From an uncultured Gammaproteobacteria bacterium (GTDB taxonomy: Bacteria; Pseudomonadota; Gammaproteobacteria; DRLM01): a DNA stretch of 64,000 bases. Shown piece by piece: positions 39,488-48,063 of the stretch; position 1 is the stretch's first letter; each line of letters opens with the position of its first letter. The stretch lies in assembly GCA_963729605.1 (NCBI GenBank), contig CAVSNY010000003.1:320001-384000 (forward strand), given 5' to 3'. The notes under the pieces were generated by a model, which saw only the letters and a program-made list of their open reading frames with translations, searched no databases and was not told where the DNA came from. The translations under genes and the position numbers were made by a program.

Positions 39488-41071
39488 TCACGTCTGGATC
39501 TGCCCGGCGATCTGTTGGATCTTGATCACCACGAACTCGGCGGGTTTGAGCGGCGCGAAGCCGACGACGATGTTGACGACCCCCGAGTTGATGTCGTTCT
39601 GCGTGGTGGTCTCCTTGTCACATTTGACGAAGTAGGCGTCGCGCGGACTGCTGCCTTGAAATGCGCCCTGGCGGAACAGGCCCTGCATGAAGGCGCCGAG
39701 GTTGAGACGGATCTGCGCCCACAGCGGTTCGTCGTTGGGTTCGAACACCACCCACTGCGTGCCGCGGAACAGGCTTTCTTCGAGAAACAGCGCGAGGCGC
39801 CGCACCGGCAGGTATTTCCACTCCGAGGCGAGCTGATCGGCGCCGCGCAGGGTGCGCGCGCCCCACACCACGCGGCCGATCACCGGAAAGCTGCGCAGGC
39901 AATTCACCGCGAGCGGATTGAGCTGGCCGTTTTCGCCGTCGGTGAGTTTGGTGGTGAGTTCGACCACGCCGTTGAGCACCGCGTCGTTGCCGGCCGGCGC
40001 CTTCCATACGCCGCGCTGGCCGTCGGTGCGCGCCATCACGCCGGCGACCGCGCCGCAGGGCGCGAAGTCGGCGAGGCGGTTTTCCTGCAAGGGGTCGGGC
40101 AGGCGCAGGCGCGGGAAATACAATGCGGCGTTTTCGCTGCGCGCCAGCCCCCAGGCCGCGCTGTCGAGACCCGCGGCGCCGGTGAGATCGGAGTGCAGAT
40201 TCCAGGTGCTGAGCGGATCGACCACGTACATCGCCCGGCGCTGTTTGCAGTATTGCGCGGCGGCGCTGCGGGTCTGCGCATTGACGTCGCCGCCGACCTC
40301 GCGGGTGAGCGGCGGAATGCAGAGCAGATTGAACAGGTCCGCCTTTTCCAGCGCCCAGATGCCCTGTTTCGCCGCTTCCAATGCGGCGAGCGAGATCTGG
40401 TTGTCGGTGATCGCCGCGCCTTCGTTGCCGGTGGCGGTGAAGGCGGTGGACGAGGCGTTGTCGAGCAGGGGATCGGCGCCGGCGGGCGGATTGCCGTGGG
40501 CGACGGGGCGCAGCGCCGGCACCGTGCCCGGCGGCGTGACGATGCGCACGAGCTGCGATTCCTGCTCCAATACCCGCGTGACGAAACGGGCGTTGTTGGG
40601 ATCGGTGGAGAGATTCACGTAGCGTTCGGTGACGCCGGTGGTGGTGTCGCGCACCGCGAGATTGAACAGGCTATTGGCCGGATCGGTGGCGAGCGACGGC
40701 CGCGTGTTGTGATCGACGCGCACTCGCAGTTTTTCGCCCCAACGCCCGGGACTCGCCGCGACCAGATTGAAACCCGCCGCGAGGGTGAGGGTGGCGGCGG
40801 CCGCGCCGTTGTGCACGCGCACGATCAGGGCGTCGGTGCCGCCGTTCTGAAAGAATTGCTGCACCGAGTAACTCATGCTGCTGTCGCGCCACAGGCCGCC
40901 GAAGACGCGCTCGAATTCGGCGTAGCTCTGCACGCGTACCGGCTCGTTGGCGGGCCCGCGCAGGGCGCGGCCGACGAAGGCGGTGATCGAGGTGGCGACG
41001 CCGGTGATGGTGCGGACCCCGCTCGGCACTTCTTCGATGTAGACACCGGGATAGGATAGGGTGACGGGCAT
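39488..41071 (-). CDS. Contractile tail sheath protein
   Basis: YPGVYIEE, FFQNGG, RGVWKAPAG, VWGARTL, WVVFEPN, FAPLKPAEFVVI. Confidence 0.97.
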   Translation of the reverse strand: MPVTLSYPGVYIEEVPSGVRTITGVATSITAFVGRALRGPANEPVRVQSYAEFERVFGGLWRDSSMSYSVQQFFQNGGTDALIVRVHNGAAAATLTLAAGFNLVAASPGRWGEKLRVRVDHNTRPSLATDPANSLFNLAVRDTTTGVTERYVNLSTDPNNARFVTRVLEQESQLVRIVTPPGTVPALRPVAHGNPPAGADPLLDNASSTAFTATGNEGAAITDNQISLAALEAAKQGIWALEKADLFNLLCIPPLTREVGGDVNAQTRSAAAQYCKQRRAMYVVDPLSTWNLHSDLTGAAGLDSAAWGLARSENAALYFPRLRLPDPLQENRLADFAPCGAVAGVMARTDGQRGVWKAPAGNDAVLNGVVELTTKLTDGENGQLNPLAVNCLRSFPVIGRVVWGARTLRGADQLASEWKYLPVRRLALFLEESLFRGTQWVVFEPNDEPLWAQIRLNLGAFMQGLFRQGAFQGSSPRDAYFVKCDKETTTQNDINSGVVNIVVGFAPLKPAEFVVIKIQQIAGQIQT

Positions 41072-41098
41072 GTGTTCTCTCCTTTGGTGGACAGGTTT

Positions 41099-41464
41099 TT
41101 ACGGCGTGGCGTCGCGCCCGATCAGGATTTCGATGACCGCGTCGGCGCCCGTGTTATTGGTGAAGGTCAGACTGGTGGCGCCGCCGAGCAGGCCGACGGC
41201 GCCGGTGCCGATGAACACCTGCGGGCCGTCCAGGGGCACGTCGTTGCCGTTGACCTCGTAGCTCAGGTCGGCGCTGGGCGCTTGCGGATTGATAATGAGC
41301 AGCGCGACATCGGCGTTCGGTACCAGATCGACCTGTTGTGTCACGCCGTCTTCGATGCCGACTTCGAGTTTGTCGTAGGCGTCCACTTCCAGGTCACCCG
41401 CCGCCGAGAGGCTGGGCCCGTTGAGGGCCTGCGCCACGTAATTCCAGCTGATTTTTTCTGCCAT
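41099..41464 (-). CDS. Beta-rich hypothetical protein upstream of the sheath gene
   Basis: AAGGAG RBS, biased codon usage, operon position. Confidence 0.8.
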   Translation of the reverse strand: MAEKISWNYVAQALNGPSLSAAGDLEVDAYDKLEVGIEDGVTQQVDLVPNADVALLIINPQAPSADLSYEVNGNDVPLDGPQVFIGTGAVGLLGGATSLTFTNNTGADAVIEILIGRDATP

Positions 41465-41546
41465 GCCTTATCTCCTTACAATATTTGGTGCGGATGATGG
41501 CGGCGTTCGGGGCGCGATGCGGGTCCATCCGCGATTTTTAAAAAGC

Positions 41547-41807
41547 CTACGGAATCGGTTTGGCCCGCGCCGAGGAATAAATCACACGGCTATCCGGCAA
41601 TATTTCCTTGCTAACCACACCGCGCTGGATCAGGCGCTCCAAGGCCCGCTCCACCTTGAACGACGTCGCGGCAAGCGGCATACAAGTCAACCACCAGCTC
41701 CGGATACCTTCCAGACTGTCTTTGCTGCGAGGGTGCTTTTCGAGGTATTGCTCAATCTCCAGCGCGATAGCATTTACCTCGGCGTCGTTGTCCGCGATTT
41801 CATTCAC
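41547..41807 (-). CDS. Small winged-HTH-like protein, first gene after the eCIS promoter
   Basis: YLEKHP.SKDSLEGIRSWWL..VERALERL..G; start reassigned to GTG 41807 with GAGG RBS. Confidence 0.75.
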   Translation of the reverse strand: MNEIADNDAEVNAIALEIEQYLEKHPRSKDSLEGIRSWWLTCMPLAATSFKVERALERLIQRGVVSKEILPDSRVIYSSARAKPIP

Positions 41808-41855
41808 CGTGTGGCCTCGGCTGCGTGCGGCAACGCCGCGTCTGGCGATCACTAT

Positions 41856-41871
41856 CGCAAGCGACATGCCA
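41856..41871 (-). promoter_or_regulatory. sigma54 promoter of the eCIS operon
   Basis: TGGCATGTCGCTTGCG; IHF-like TAACTGATTGTTT at 41886-41898. Confidence 0.85.
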
Positions 41872-41933
41872 TTAACTTTGGTTTTTAACTGATTGTTTTA
41901 TATGTTTCAGAATTGAGTAAGGGGAGGGTGATC

Positions 41934-42037
41934 GGGTGAAAAAACACCCATTTTTGCCTTTCGATATCTAGGCGATTGGATTTGATGCAAAAAATTAAGT
42001 GGGTCGATTTTATCCCGGTGACGGTAATTAAATACCC
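41934..42037. promoter_or_regulatory. Three GGGT-N8-ACCC-like palindromes, candidate UAS
   Basis: GGGTGAAAAAACACCC 41934, GGGTCGATTTTATCCC 42001, CGGTAATTAAATACCC 42022. Confidence 0.55.
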
Positions 42038-42168
42038 AATTGCGACAGGCAGTTCTTATCAATTTTTCGATGAATCCTTGAAGACGTATTTACGCGCTTT
42101 CAGTTTTAGCGCGCGCCTAGTCTACGTATCTTCAACGTCGACGACAATATTTATAAATCAGTTTTTTG

Positions 42169-43203
42169 CTAAGAAGACTTAGGTAAACGCTTGAACTCCG
42201 TCCTGGCGAGTCCGTATTTTTTGATGAGCTTGCCCAGGGCGCTGCGTTCCTTGCCGGAAAGGTCGGCGGCCAGGCTGACATTGCCATGAGTTTCACTCAG
42301 CAAAGAGGAGAGGTAGGATTTTTCGAATTGGGCGATGGCGCGGGCCTTGGCGGTCTGAAAATCGCCGAGTGTGATCCGGCTGAGACTGCGCTCGGCCTTG
42401 CGGCGATCGTACACCGGTTTAGTCTCATCGAGACTAAACCGGATCAACGGATCATCGGACACCAGGAATTGCCGGTGGATGAGGTTCTCGAGTTCGCGCA
42501 CATTGCCCGGCCAACTATAACGTAGAAAGGCGCTGATGTTATCGGGATGCAATGAGCGTGGTGCTTGTTGGTATTCCTGGGCGAAGCGCGCGATGAAGTT
42601 TTCCGCGAGATGCAGCACATCGTCGCCGCGTTCCCGCAACGGCGGCAAATCCAGACATACCAGATTCAATCTAAATAACAGATCTTCGCGGAAGAGGCCC
42701 TTGTTCACCATGCCTCGCAGGTCGCGGTTGCTCGCGGTGATGATCCGCACGTCGGCGTGGCGGATGCGCCCGCCCACCGGGCGATAGGCGCGATCTTCCA
42801 AAAAGCGCAGCAACACGACCTGCGCCTTGGGACTCATGACTTCCACCTCGTCGAGAAGCAGGGTGCCGCCCTCGGCCTGCGCGATGATGCCGGCCCGCGC
42901 GACCTTGGCATCAGTGAATGCGCCGCGTTCGCAACCGAACAGTTCGCTTTCGAGCAAACCATCGGCGATGGCGCCGCAATTGATGGGAATGAAGGGTTGA
43001 TCGCTGCGCGCGCTAGAATAATGAATGGCGCGCGCCACCAATTCTTTACCGGTCCCCGTCTCGCCTTGGATCAACAAGGTGGCGTCGCGGGTGGCCAGTT
43101 TTTTAATCAGAGACAACACGTGTAAAAACGCCGGGGAGCACCCCACCAGCTGAGTATGCGTGCACTTTTCCGCGGGATTATTGAAATGAGACCCGAGCGC
43201 CAT
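42169..43203 (-). CDS. sigma54-dependent activator lacking an N-terminal sensor domain
   Basis: AAA domain begins within about 20 aa; GETGTGKE, GAFTDA, WPGNVREL, Fis HTH. Confidence 0.92.
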   Translation of the reverse strand: MALGSHFNNPAEKCTHTQLVGCSPAFLHVLSLIKKLATRDATLLIQGETGTGKELVARAIHYSSARSDQPFIPINCGAIADGLLESELFGCERGAFTDAKVARAGIIAQAEGGTLLLDEVEVMSPKAQVVLLRFLEDRAYRPVGGRIRHADVRIITASNRDLRGMVNKGLFREDLLFRLNLVCLDLPPLRERGDDVLHLAENFIARFAQEYQQAPRSLHPDNISAFLRYSWPGNVRELENLIHRQFLVSDDPLIRFSLDETKPVYDRRKAERSLSRITLGDFQTAKARAIAQFEKSYLSSLLSETHGNVSLAADLSGKERSALGKLIKKYGLARTEFKRLPKSS

Positions 43204-43427
43204 CCGTGCGTTTTCCTTGTAATGGAAGAATCCGAACTCCTCTGTATCGCTAAGAGGGTTCTAAATCCAGCAGGAAATTCCATCCGGTCATGTCAATTCG
43301 TGACAACACCGACGATGACAGTGTAGGCGTCTTAGTGAAGCTCGATCAAGATCAATGTTGTAATGATGGGGGGCTTGAGCACCGGGAAAATATCCGATGA
43401 AAATACTCAGGACCTCCATCGCTGTGC

Positions 43428-43787
43428 TTATTTAACCGGTGCTTGGCGGCGATGACGATATTTGATGGTGACGTGGGGTTGAGGATCATTCCGCTGTCCA
43501 TCCAAAGGCGCATCGATCGGCTGTTCCGCGTCATGATTCGGGTTGGCATGGTATGCGGCGGATCCGGCGGGAGGGGTTTTATTGTTGCGGCGTAGACGCA
43601 AATAACCCCGGCGACCCGACTCCTGAGAGACTTGCGGTGAGCGTGCTTGAAGCACCTTCACTTGAACGGGAACCCCTTTATCGACCGCACTGAGAGTTTG
43701 TACGGCCCGCTGTATATCGGTGTGATGAAAATATTGTTCCAATTGCATGGGGGAAGCTTGAGAAAGGTCAATGGTAATGATGATCAT
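43428..43787 (-). CDS. Hypothetical protein
   Basis: ORF only; no recognisable motif. Confidence 0.3.
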   Translation of the reverse strand: MIIITIDLSQASPMQLEQYFHHTDIQRAVQTLSAVDKGVPVQVKVLQARSPQVSQESGRRGYLRLRRNNKTPPAGSAAYHANPNHDAEQPIDAPLDGQRNDPQPHVTIKYRHRRQAPVK

Positions 43788-44139
43788 TGGTTGTTCGTGC
43801 TACTTAAATTAAGAGATTAAATGGGACGGCTATGTACTTCAAAACTTTTTAAGCATGAAAAACGATTGTAAGCGTCACGTTATTCATTATGAGCAGTGGG
43901 ATGCTAAATCACCTTTTAAATATTATCCATCACCAATTTCATTATTGCGCGATATTCCCGATTCCATTTCAAATGCGGAGGATATGGACTGAATAAACCC
44001 AAGCCATTTTTTGCCGCCTTTAATCGTAACGAACGATTGTTTGGCGCCATCTTGGTGCGCCGGGGTTGCATATCGGCTTTGTCCCGGTTGGGAACGTACA
44101 AAAATCCGCTCTTGTCTGGCCTTTGGGGGTCCATCCTAT

Positions 44140-44167
44140 TATGCGCATAATCATTACGGTGGTTGAA
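44140..44167 (+). other. Degenerate dif-like site (left junction of the integrated element)
   Basis: TATGCGCATAA-TCATTA-CGGTGGTTGAA; shares TGCGCATAATCATTA with 45956-45970. Confidence 0.8.
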
Positions 44168-44520
44168 CTCGGCATGGTCATATTGCCCCCCTTGTGAGCA
44201 AAAAATAAAGGTTTTCGCAATGAAAAAAGCCTGTGCCTGCCCCAAAAGCGGTTTTGCAGGCGCGGGCTGACCTTGTAGAACACCCCTCGGCAGATGCCGC
44301 GCCGCCGCCGCTGCGGTAATTCGAGGCGTGGCAGGAAGAGTTAACAGCTTCGCTCCGCTACGCTCACCGGAGCGCCTTCGTCGCGATTGAATACCCACTG
44401 CCGTGGCAGGACACGAACGGCGCGGGTACGGTGGCTCGTGCCTCGCCATCCGGATCCGCGCCGCTGCGGCTACCCGTATCTCGGATCCTGATGCGACGGC
44501 TGTTTTTAACGATGCGGACC

Positions 44521-45108
44521 TCATACCACGTCATCCAGCGGTTGAGTGCATCGAAAGAAATCGTTGATCTCAAGGGACGGGTTATGCGTCATGTCATCCG
44601 GCCAGTCCTCGGGATACTCACCCAGGCGCTCGATGACCACCCGCCAGTCCCCCATGAACTCGATGCTAGCCACAATCGCCTGGGTGCCCACCGGCCAAAA
44701 GGCCCAAAAGGCCTCCTCCGGCGGTCCCCAGGGCGCGACCACCCGAAACTCGGCATGCAAAAGGCGCATGATGCGCCAGGGTTCCTTGGCGAGCAGATCC
44801 ACCAATTCGGAATGCGACGACACGCCAAACCACGCTTGAGACTGGGTGGGGACAGGCCCTTGCAACGGCACCGCAACCCCGGCGGCCTTGAGAATGGCGA
44901 GATGCTGAGGCCAGAGGGCAGGGGAGACCCGTTTACGGGCCTCCGCCCAACCCAGGGCGTTGGCAAGACACCACGTACCGTAAGCCCCACCCGCGAGCTC
45001 CGCCGGATCGGCCAACAGAGGGGCACCCACCGACGGCGAGAACACGGCGACCTGACACGCCTGGATCAGTCCAGCCGCAAAGACCCCTGAAATAAGATGG
45101 TCATTCAT
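44521..45108 (-). CDS. Hypothetical protein with a segment resembling the C-terminus of gene II/X-family Rep proteins
   Basis: GGAGG RBS; AYGTWCLANALGWAEARKRVS..W..HLAILKAAG. Confidence 0.6.
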   Translation of the reverse strand: MNDHLISGVFAAGLIQACQVAVFSPSVGAPLLADPAELAGGAYGTWCLANALGWAEARKRVSPALWPQHLAILKAAGVAVPLQGPVPTQSQAWFGVSSHSELVDLLAKEPWRIMRLLHAEFRVVAPWGPPEEAFWAFWPVGTQAIVASIEFMGDWRVVIERLGEYPEDWPDDMTHNPSLEINDFFRCTQPLDDVV

Positions 45109-45527
45109 GGCTCAGACCTCCCCGATTGTGGTGGTGAGAATCAGGGCGAAAACCCGAAAGTGAGCCACCATGGCTCAAGAGTCCACTGGTTATAGTATGT
45201 GGACTCTCGTCATGCACCACGTCGGTGCAAGACGAAAAAGTGGGTACTTGCTCATGGCTCAGACCTCCCCGATTTGGGATGAAAAAGTCCCACCCGTGAG
45301 ACAAAGTGGGGGTTGTTACAGGGGACCCCCACTTAGCCGCGGCGATCACAAAGCGACCTTCATGCCAAGCTTCGGACTGGGTGCGTACTGACCCTTGAAA
45401 GGGGGAGGTGGCGGGATGCTTATTCATGGTTCAGCCCTCCCCGATGGTGGTGGTGAGTGCCACCCATGGCACTTAGTGCGGGTGTTACTGTTACCCGCAC
45501 ACCCCCGGCGATCACAAAGCGGCCTTC
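45103..45527 (-). repeat. Three tandem modules: origin-like hairpin pair plus repeated RBS/ATG
   Basis: TCATGGCTCAGACCTCCCCGATT at 45105 and 45252, variant at 45424; hairpin pairs at 45161-45207, 45287-45334, 45456-45500. Confidence 0.85.
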
Positions 45528-45916
45528 TTGCGTTGAAGCCTGTCCTGATTCCATTCGAGCTCCGCCTGGCCGAGCTGGTGGCGATAGTCGCGGATGAGCT
45601 GGTACAGGAAGGGCAACACCTGGATATCGCCCGGGGCGAGCCCACCCTTGGCGAAGCCCGGCGGGAACAAGTAGCCGTTGTGCACCTCCCAGCCGTCCCA
45701 GCCTGGCCAGGGCACATAGCCGGCCTGAATAGCCAGCAGTCGGAGCGCCGTGGGATTCACCGGCCGGTCGCGACCCCAGCGCCGGTAAGTCTGCTTGGCG
45801 ACCAGACAGAGGGCCGCCGCTTGCACGGTGCTGAGCCCGGCCAGCGTCTGCAAGGGCCGCGGGGTGGTCAAATTGCCCTGATAACCTGCTTGAAGCAACT
45901 CGGTTAACTCCCTCAT
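45512..45916 (-). CDS. HTH + DUF3653-like protein (XafT-like Xer activation factor)
   Basis: GLSTVQAAALCLVAKQTYRRW HTH then WPGWDGW...GYLFPPG; lies 37 nt from the dif-type site. Confidence 0.75.
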   Translation of the reverse strand: MRELTELLQAGYQGNLTTPRPLQTLAGLSTVQAAALCLVAKQTYRRWGRDRPVNPTALRLLAIQAGYVPWPGWDGWEVHNGYLFPPGFAKGGLAPGDIQVLPFLYQLIRDYRHQLGQAELEWNQDRLQRKKAAL

Positions 45917-45953
45917 GAGGTAGGCCCTTTATCGGATTTTGGCCCCCTCGCAT

Positions 45954-45981
45954 AGTGCGCATAATCATTATTATGTTAAAT
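45954..45981 (+). other. dif-type XerC/XerD recombination site
   Basis: AGTGCGCATAA-TCATTA-TTATGTTAAAT versus E. coli GGTGCGCATAA-TGTATA-TTATGTTAAAT. Confidence 0.92.
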
Positions 45982-46123
45982 TATGGAAGGGCCCAAGGTA
46001 ACAAAAGGTTTCTCCCACGAATTTTTCCTGCCCCACCACCATCGCGGAGCACCATGATTTCGCGGACAGCAATCGTCTGCTCGGACCTGGAATCATTCGC
46101 CGAAGCCAGCCGTGATCATGGAC

Positions 46124-46260
46124 CTAGTCCACTGGGTATTCCATACGCACATAGCGATGAAACGTCGAATGCGGCCATTCGCGCATTCGTTGTACCCATC
46201 CATGTTTCACGGGGGTGTAATGGATGTAGTTCACGCATCGCCCCAAGTCCGCTTCGGCGC
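46124..46260 (-). pseudogene. C-terminal remnant of a REP-associated tyrosine transposase (RAYT)
   Basis: VNYIHYTPVKHGWVQRMREWPHSTFHRYVR; GTAG REP at about 46315-46348. Confidence 0.8.
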
Positions 46261-46314
46261 GGACCGGCGCGGTGTTCCCACAGGCCATATTCGCCTTTTC
46301 ACTACGGCGTTTAC

Positions 46315-46348
46315 ATTCGGCGGATCGCGTTGCACGCATCTGCCCTAC
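46315..46348 (-). repeat. GTAG-family REP
   Basis: GTAGGGCAGATGCGTGCAACGCGATCCGCCG. Confidence 0.65.
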
Positions 46349-46529
46349 GGCCCTTGGCCTCCCATGATCGCGTCATAAAGGAGTTTCCTTTTTAAGAACA
46401 TTGCCTTCTGTCAAATCAAAAAGCATCTCAAAAAGTTTTTCAGAATCCAATTCAGTAGAAAAAATTTCCAACCACAAGCCATCATGCCCCTGAACCGCCC
46501 CGTGTTTTGCGGAGGCTGTTTGGTTTAAG

Positions 46530-47381
46530 TCATGCTGCAATCGCAGCATGACGGCGGTATTGCCTGTAGTAGTTTGCCTCAGCTTCTGCTGGAGGGATAT
46601 ACCCCAGAGGCTCTAATAGCCGGTGGTGGTTAAACCACGAGACCCATTCCAGGGTCGCCAGCTCCACGGATTCCCGGGTTTTCCAGGGTCCCCGACGATG
46701 GATCAGCTCGGCCTTGTACAGCCCGTTGATCGTCTCGGCCAATGCGTTATCGTAGCTGTCGCCCTTGCTGCCGACCGAAGGCTCGATGCCGGCCTCGGCC
46801 AGTCGCTCGGTGTAGCGGATCGAGACGTATTGCGAGCCCCTGTCGCTGTGATGGATCAGGGCATCCTCTGGTTCGGGCTGCCGGGCGTACAGAGCTTGCT
46901 CCAGTGCGTCGAGCACGAAGTCCGTGGCCATGGTGCGGCTGACCCGCCAACCGACGATGCGCCGGGCGAAGACATCAATGACGAAGGCCACATACAGCCA
47001 GCCCTGCCAGGTCGACACATACGTGAAATCCGACACCCAGAGCTGGTTGGGCCTGTCCGCCTTGAACTGTCGATTGACCCGGTCCAGCGGGCGTGGCGCC
47101 GAGTGGTCAGGCACGGTGGTGCGAACCGCCTTGCCACGGCGCACACCCTGCAGGCCCAGGCGCTTCATCAGACGCTCGACCGTACAACGGGCCACCTCGA
47201 TGCCCTCGCGGTTCAGCTGCCGCCAGACTTTGTCGGCGCCGTACACCTGCAGGTGGGTGTGCCAGACACGCTGAATATGCGACATCAATACCTCATCGCG
47301 CTTGGCCCGGGCGCTGCGCAGATCCGGATCGCGCCGCCGGGCCGCATGGCGCCGGTAGGCCGATGGGGCAACCTGCAACAC
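46530..47381 (-). CDS. IS3 OrfB (DDE integrase core)
   Basis: WVSDFTYV, HHSDRGSQY, DNALAETING. Confidence 0.95.
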   Translation of the reverse strand: MLQVAPSAYRRHAARRRDPDLRSARAKRDEVLMSHIQRVWHTHLQVYGADKVWRQLNREGIEVARCTVERLMKRLGLQGVRRGKAVRTTVPDHSAPRPLDRVNRQFKADRPNQLWVSDFTYVSTWQGWLYVAFVIDVFARRIVGWRVSRTMATDFVLDALEQALYARQPEPEDALIHHSDRGSQYVSIRYTERLAEAGIEPSVGSKGDSYDNALAETINGLYKAELIHRRGPWKTRESVELATLEWVSWFNHHRLLEPLGYIPPAEAEANYYRQYRRHAAIAA

Positions 47382-47434
47382 CTTGCAGATCGGCTCGACC
47401 CCATAAGCATCCCGGTGCTGGTCGATGTAGGTAT

Positions 47435-47758
47435 TTACGACTTCAGTTTGCGGTCGAGCTCCGCCTGTGCGAAAAAAGCGCTGGCGGTACGCAGTATCTC
47501 ATTGGCGCGCCGCAACTCCTTGTTCTCGCGCTCCAGCTCCTTGATGCGCTGTGTCTCGGACGTGGTCGTGCCAGGACGCGCTCCGGCATCGGCCTCCGTA
47601 CGCTTAACCCACTCCAGCAGCGTCCCGGGTACACAGCCAATCTTCGGGGCGATCGACTCCACGGCCATCCACAACGACGGGTATTCCCCGCGATGCTCCT
47701 GCACCATTCGAACCGCACGTTCACGGACTTCAGGTGAAAACTTGTTCGACTTTTTCAT
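47435..47758 (-). CDS. IS3 OrfA
   Basis: [28 protein letters not shown]; TTTTTTC frameshift window. Confidence 0.95.
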   Translation of the reverse strand: MKKSNKFSPEVRERAVRMVQEHRGEYPSLWMAVESIAPKIGCVPGTLLEWVKRTEADAGARPGTTTSETQRIKELERENKELRRANEILRTASAFFAQAELDRKLKS

Positions 47759-48063
47759 GGCTCCATTCTCTCAAATGTTGGAGCCTCCTCAAAACCAGGG
47801 GCGGTTCACCCCTATTAATAACAAAGCGGCTATGTTTTACAAATTCTTTTGCATTTTCGGAGGAATCCCCAAAATCGTCTTTAAATGAATGTTTCAGAAA
47901 TTCCAATGAGCTTGGGTCAGCATATAGAACAAAGAGAGTCTCATTGCCGGAGATATTCCATGAGCCCGCGTAGGGCAATGAAATGGACTCCTCCCTCCTA
48001 ATCGGCATCGATGTGCCAGACTGTTGTTTGTAAGCAAACAGTCAATAGCAAGGAGGAGTCCAA

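Larger units (their letters stand above)
44140..45981 (-). mobile_element. 1.8-kb Xer-integrated element (IMEX; TLC-like satellite or inovirus remnant)
   Basis: Flanking dif/pseudo-dif direct repeat, HTH+DUF3653-like gene, Ff-like origin hairpins. Confidence 0.82.
46491..47808 (-). mobile_element. IS3-family insertion sequence (IS51-like), 1318 bp
   Basis: IRs TGAACCGCCCC..GTTTTG.GGAGGCT; CCC(C) flanking both ends; orfA/orfB. Confidence 0.96.
46373..47960 (-). pseudogene. AT-rich ORF interrupted by IS3 and lacking a start
   Basis: Removing the IS with a 3-bp TSD gives ...SRFVINRG|HDGLWLEIFSTELDSEKLFEMLFDLTEGNVLKKETPL*. Confidence 0.6.

Noticed and set aside
43916-44524. ORFs 43916-44524 and 44020-44283
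   Set aside because: They cross the att junction and hairpin region and show no protein-like motif
45105-45446. 23-bp direct repeats as a CRISPR array
   Set aside because: Spacers are about 124-149 bp and unequal, no cas genes are present, and the repeat is an RBS+ATG; origin modules explain it better
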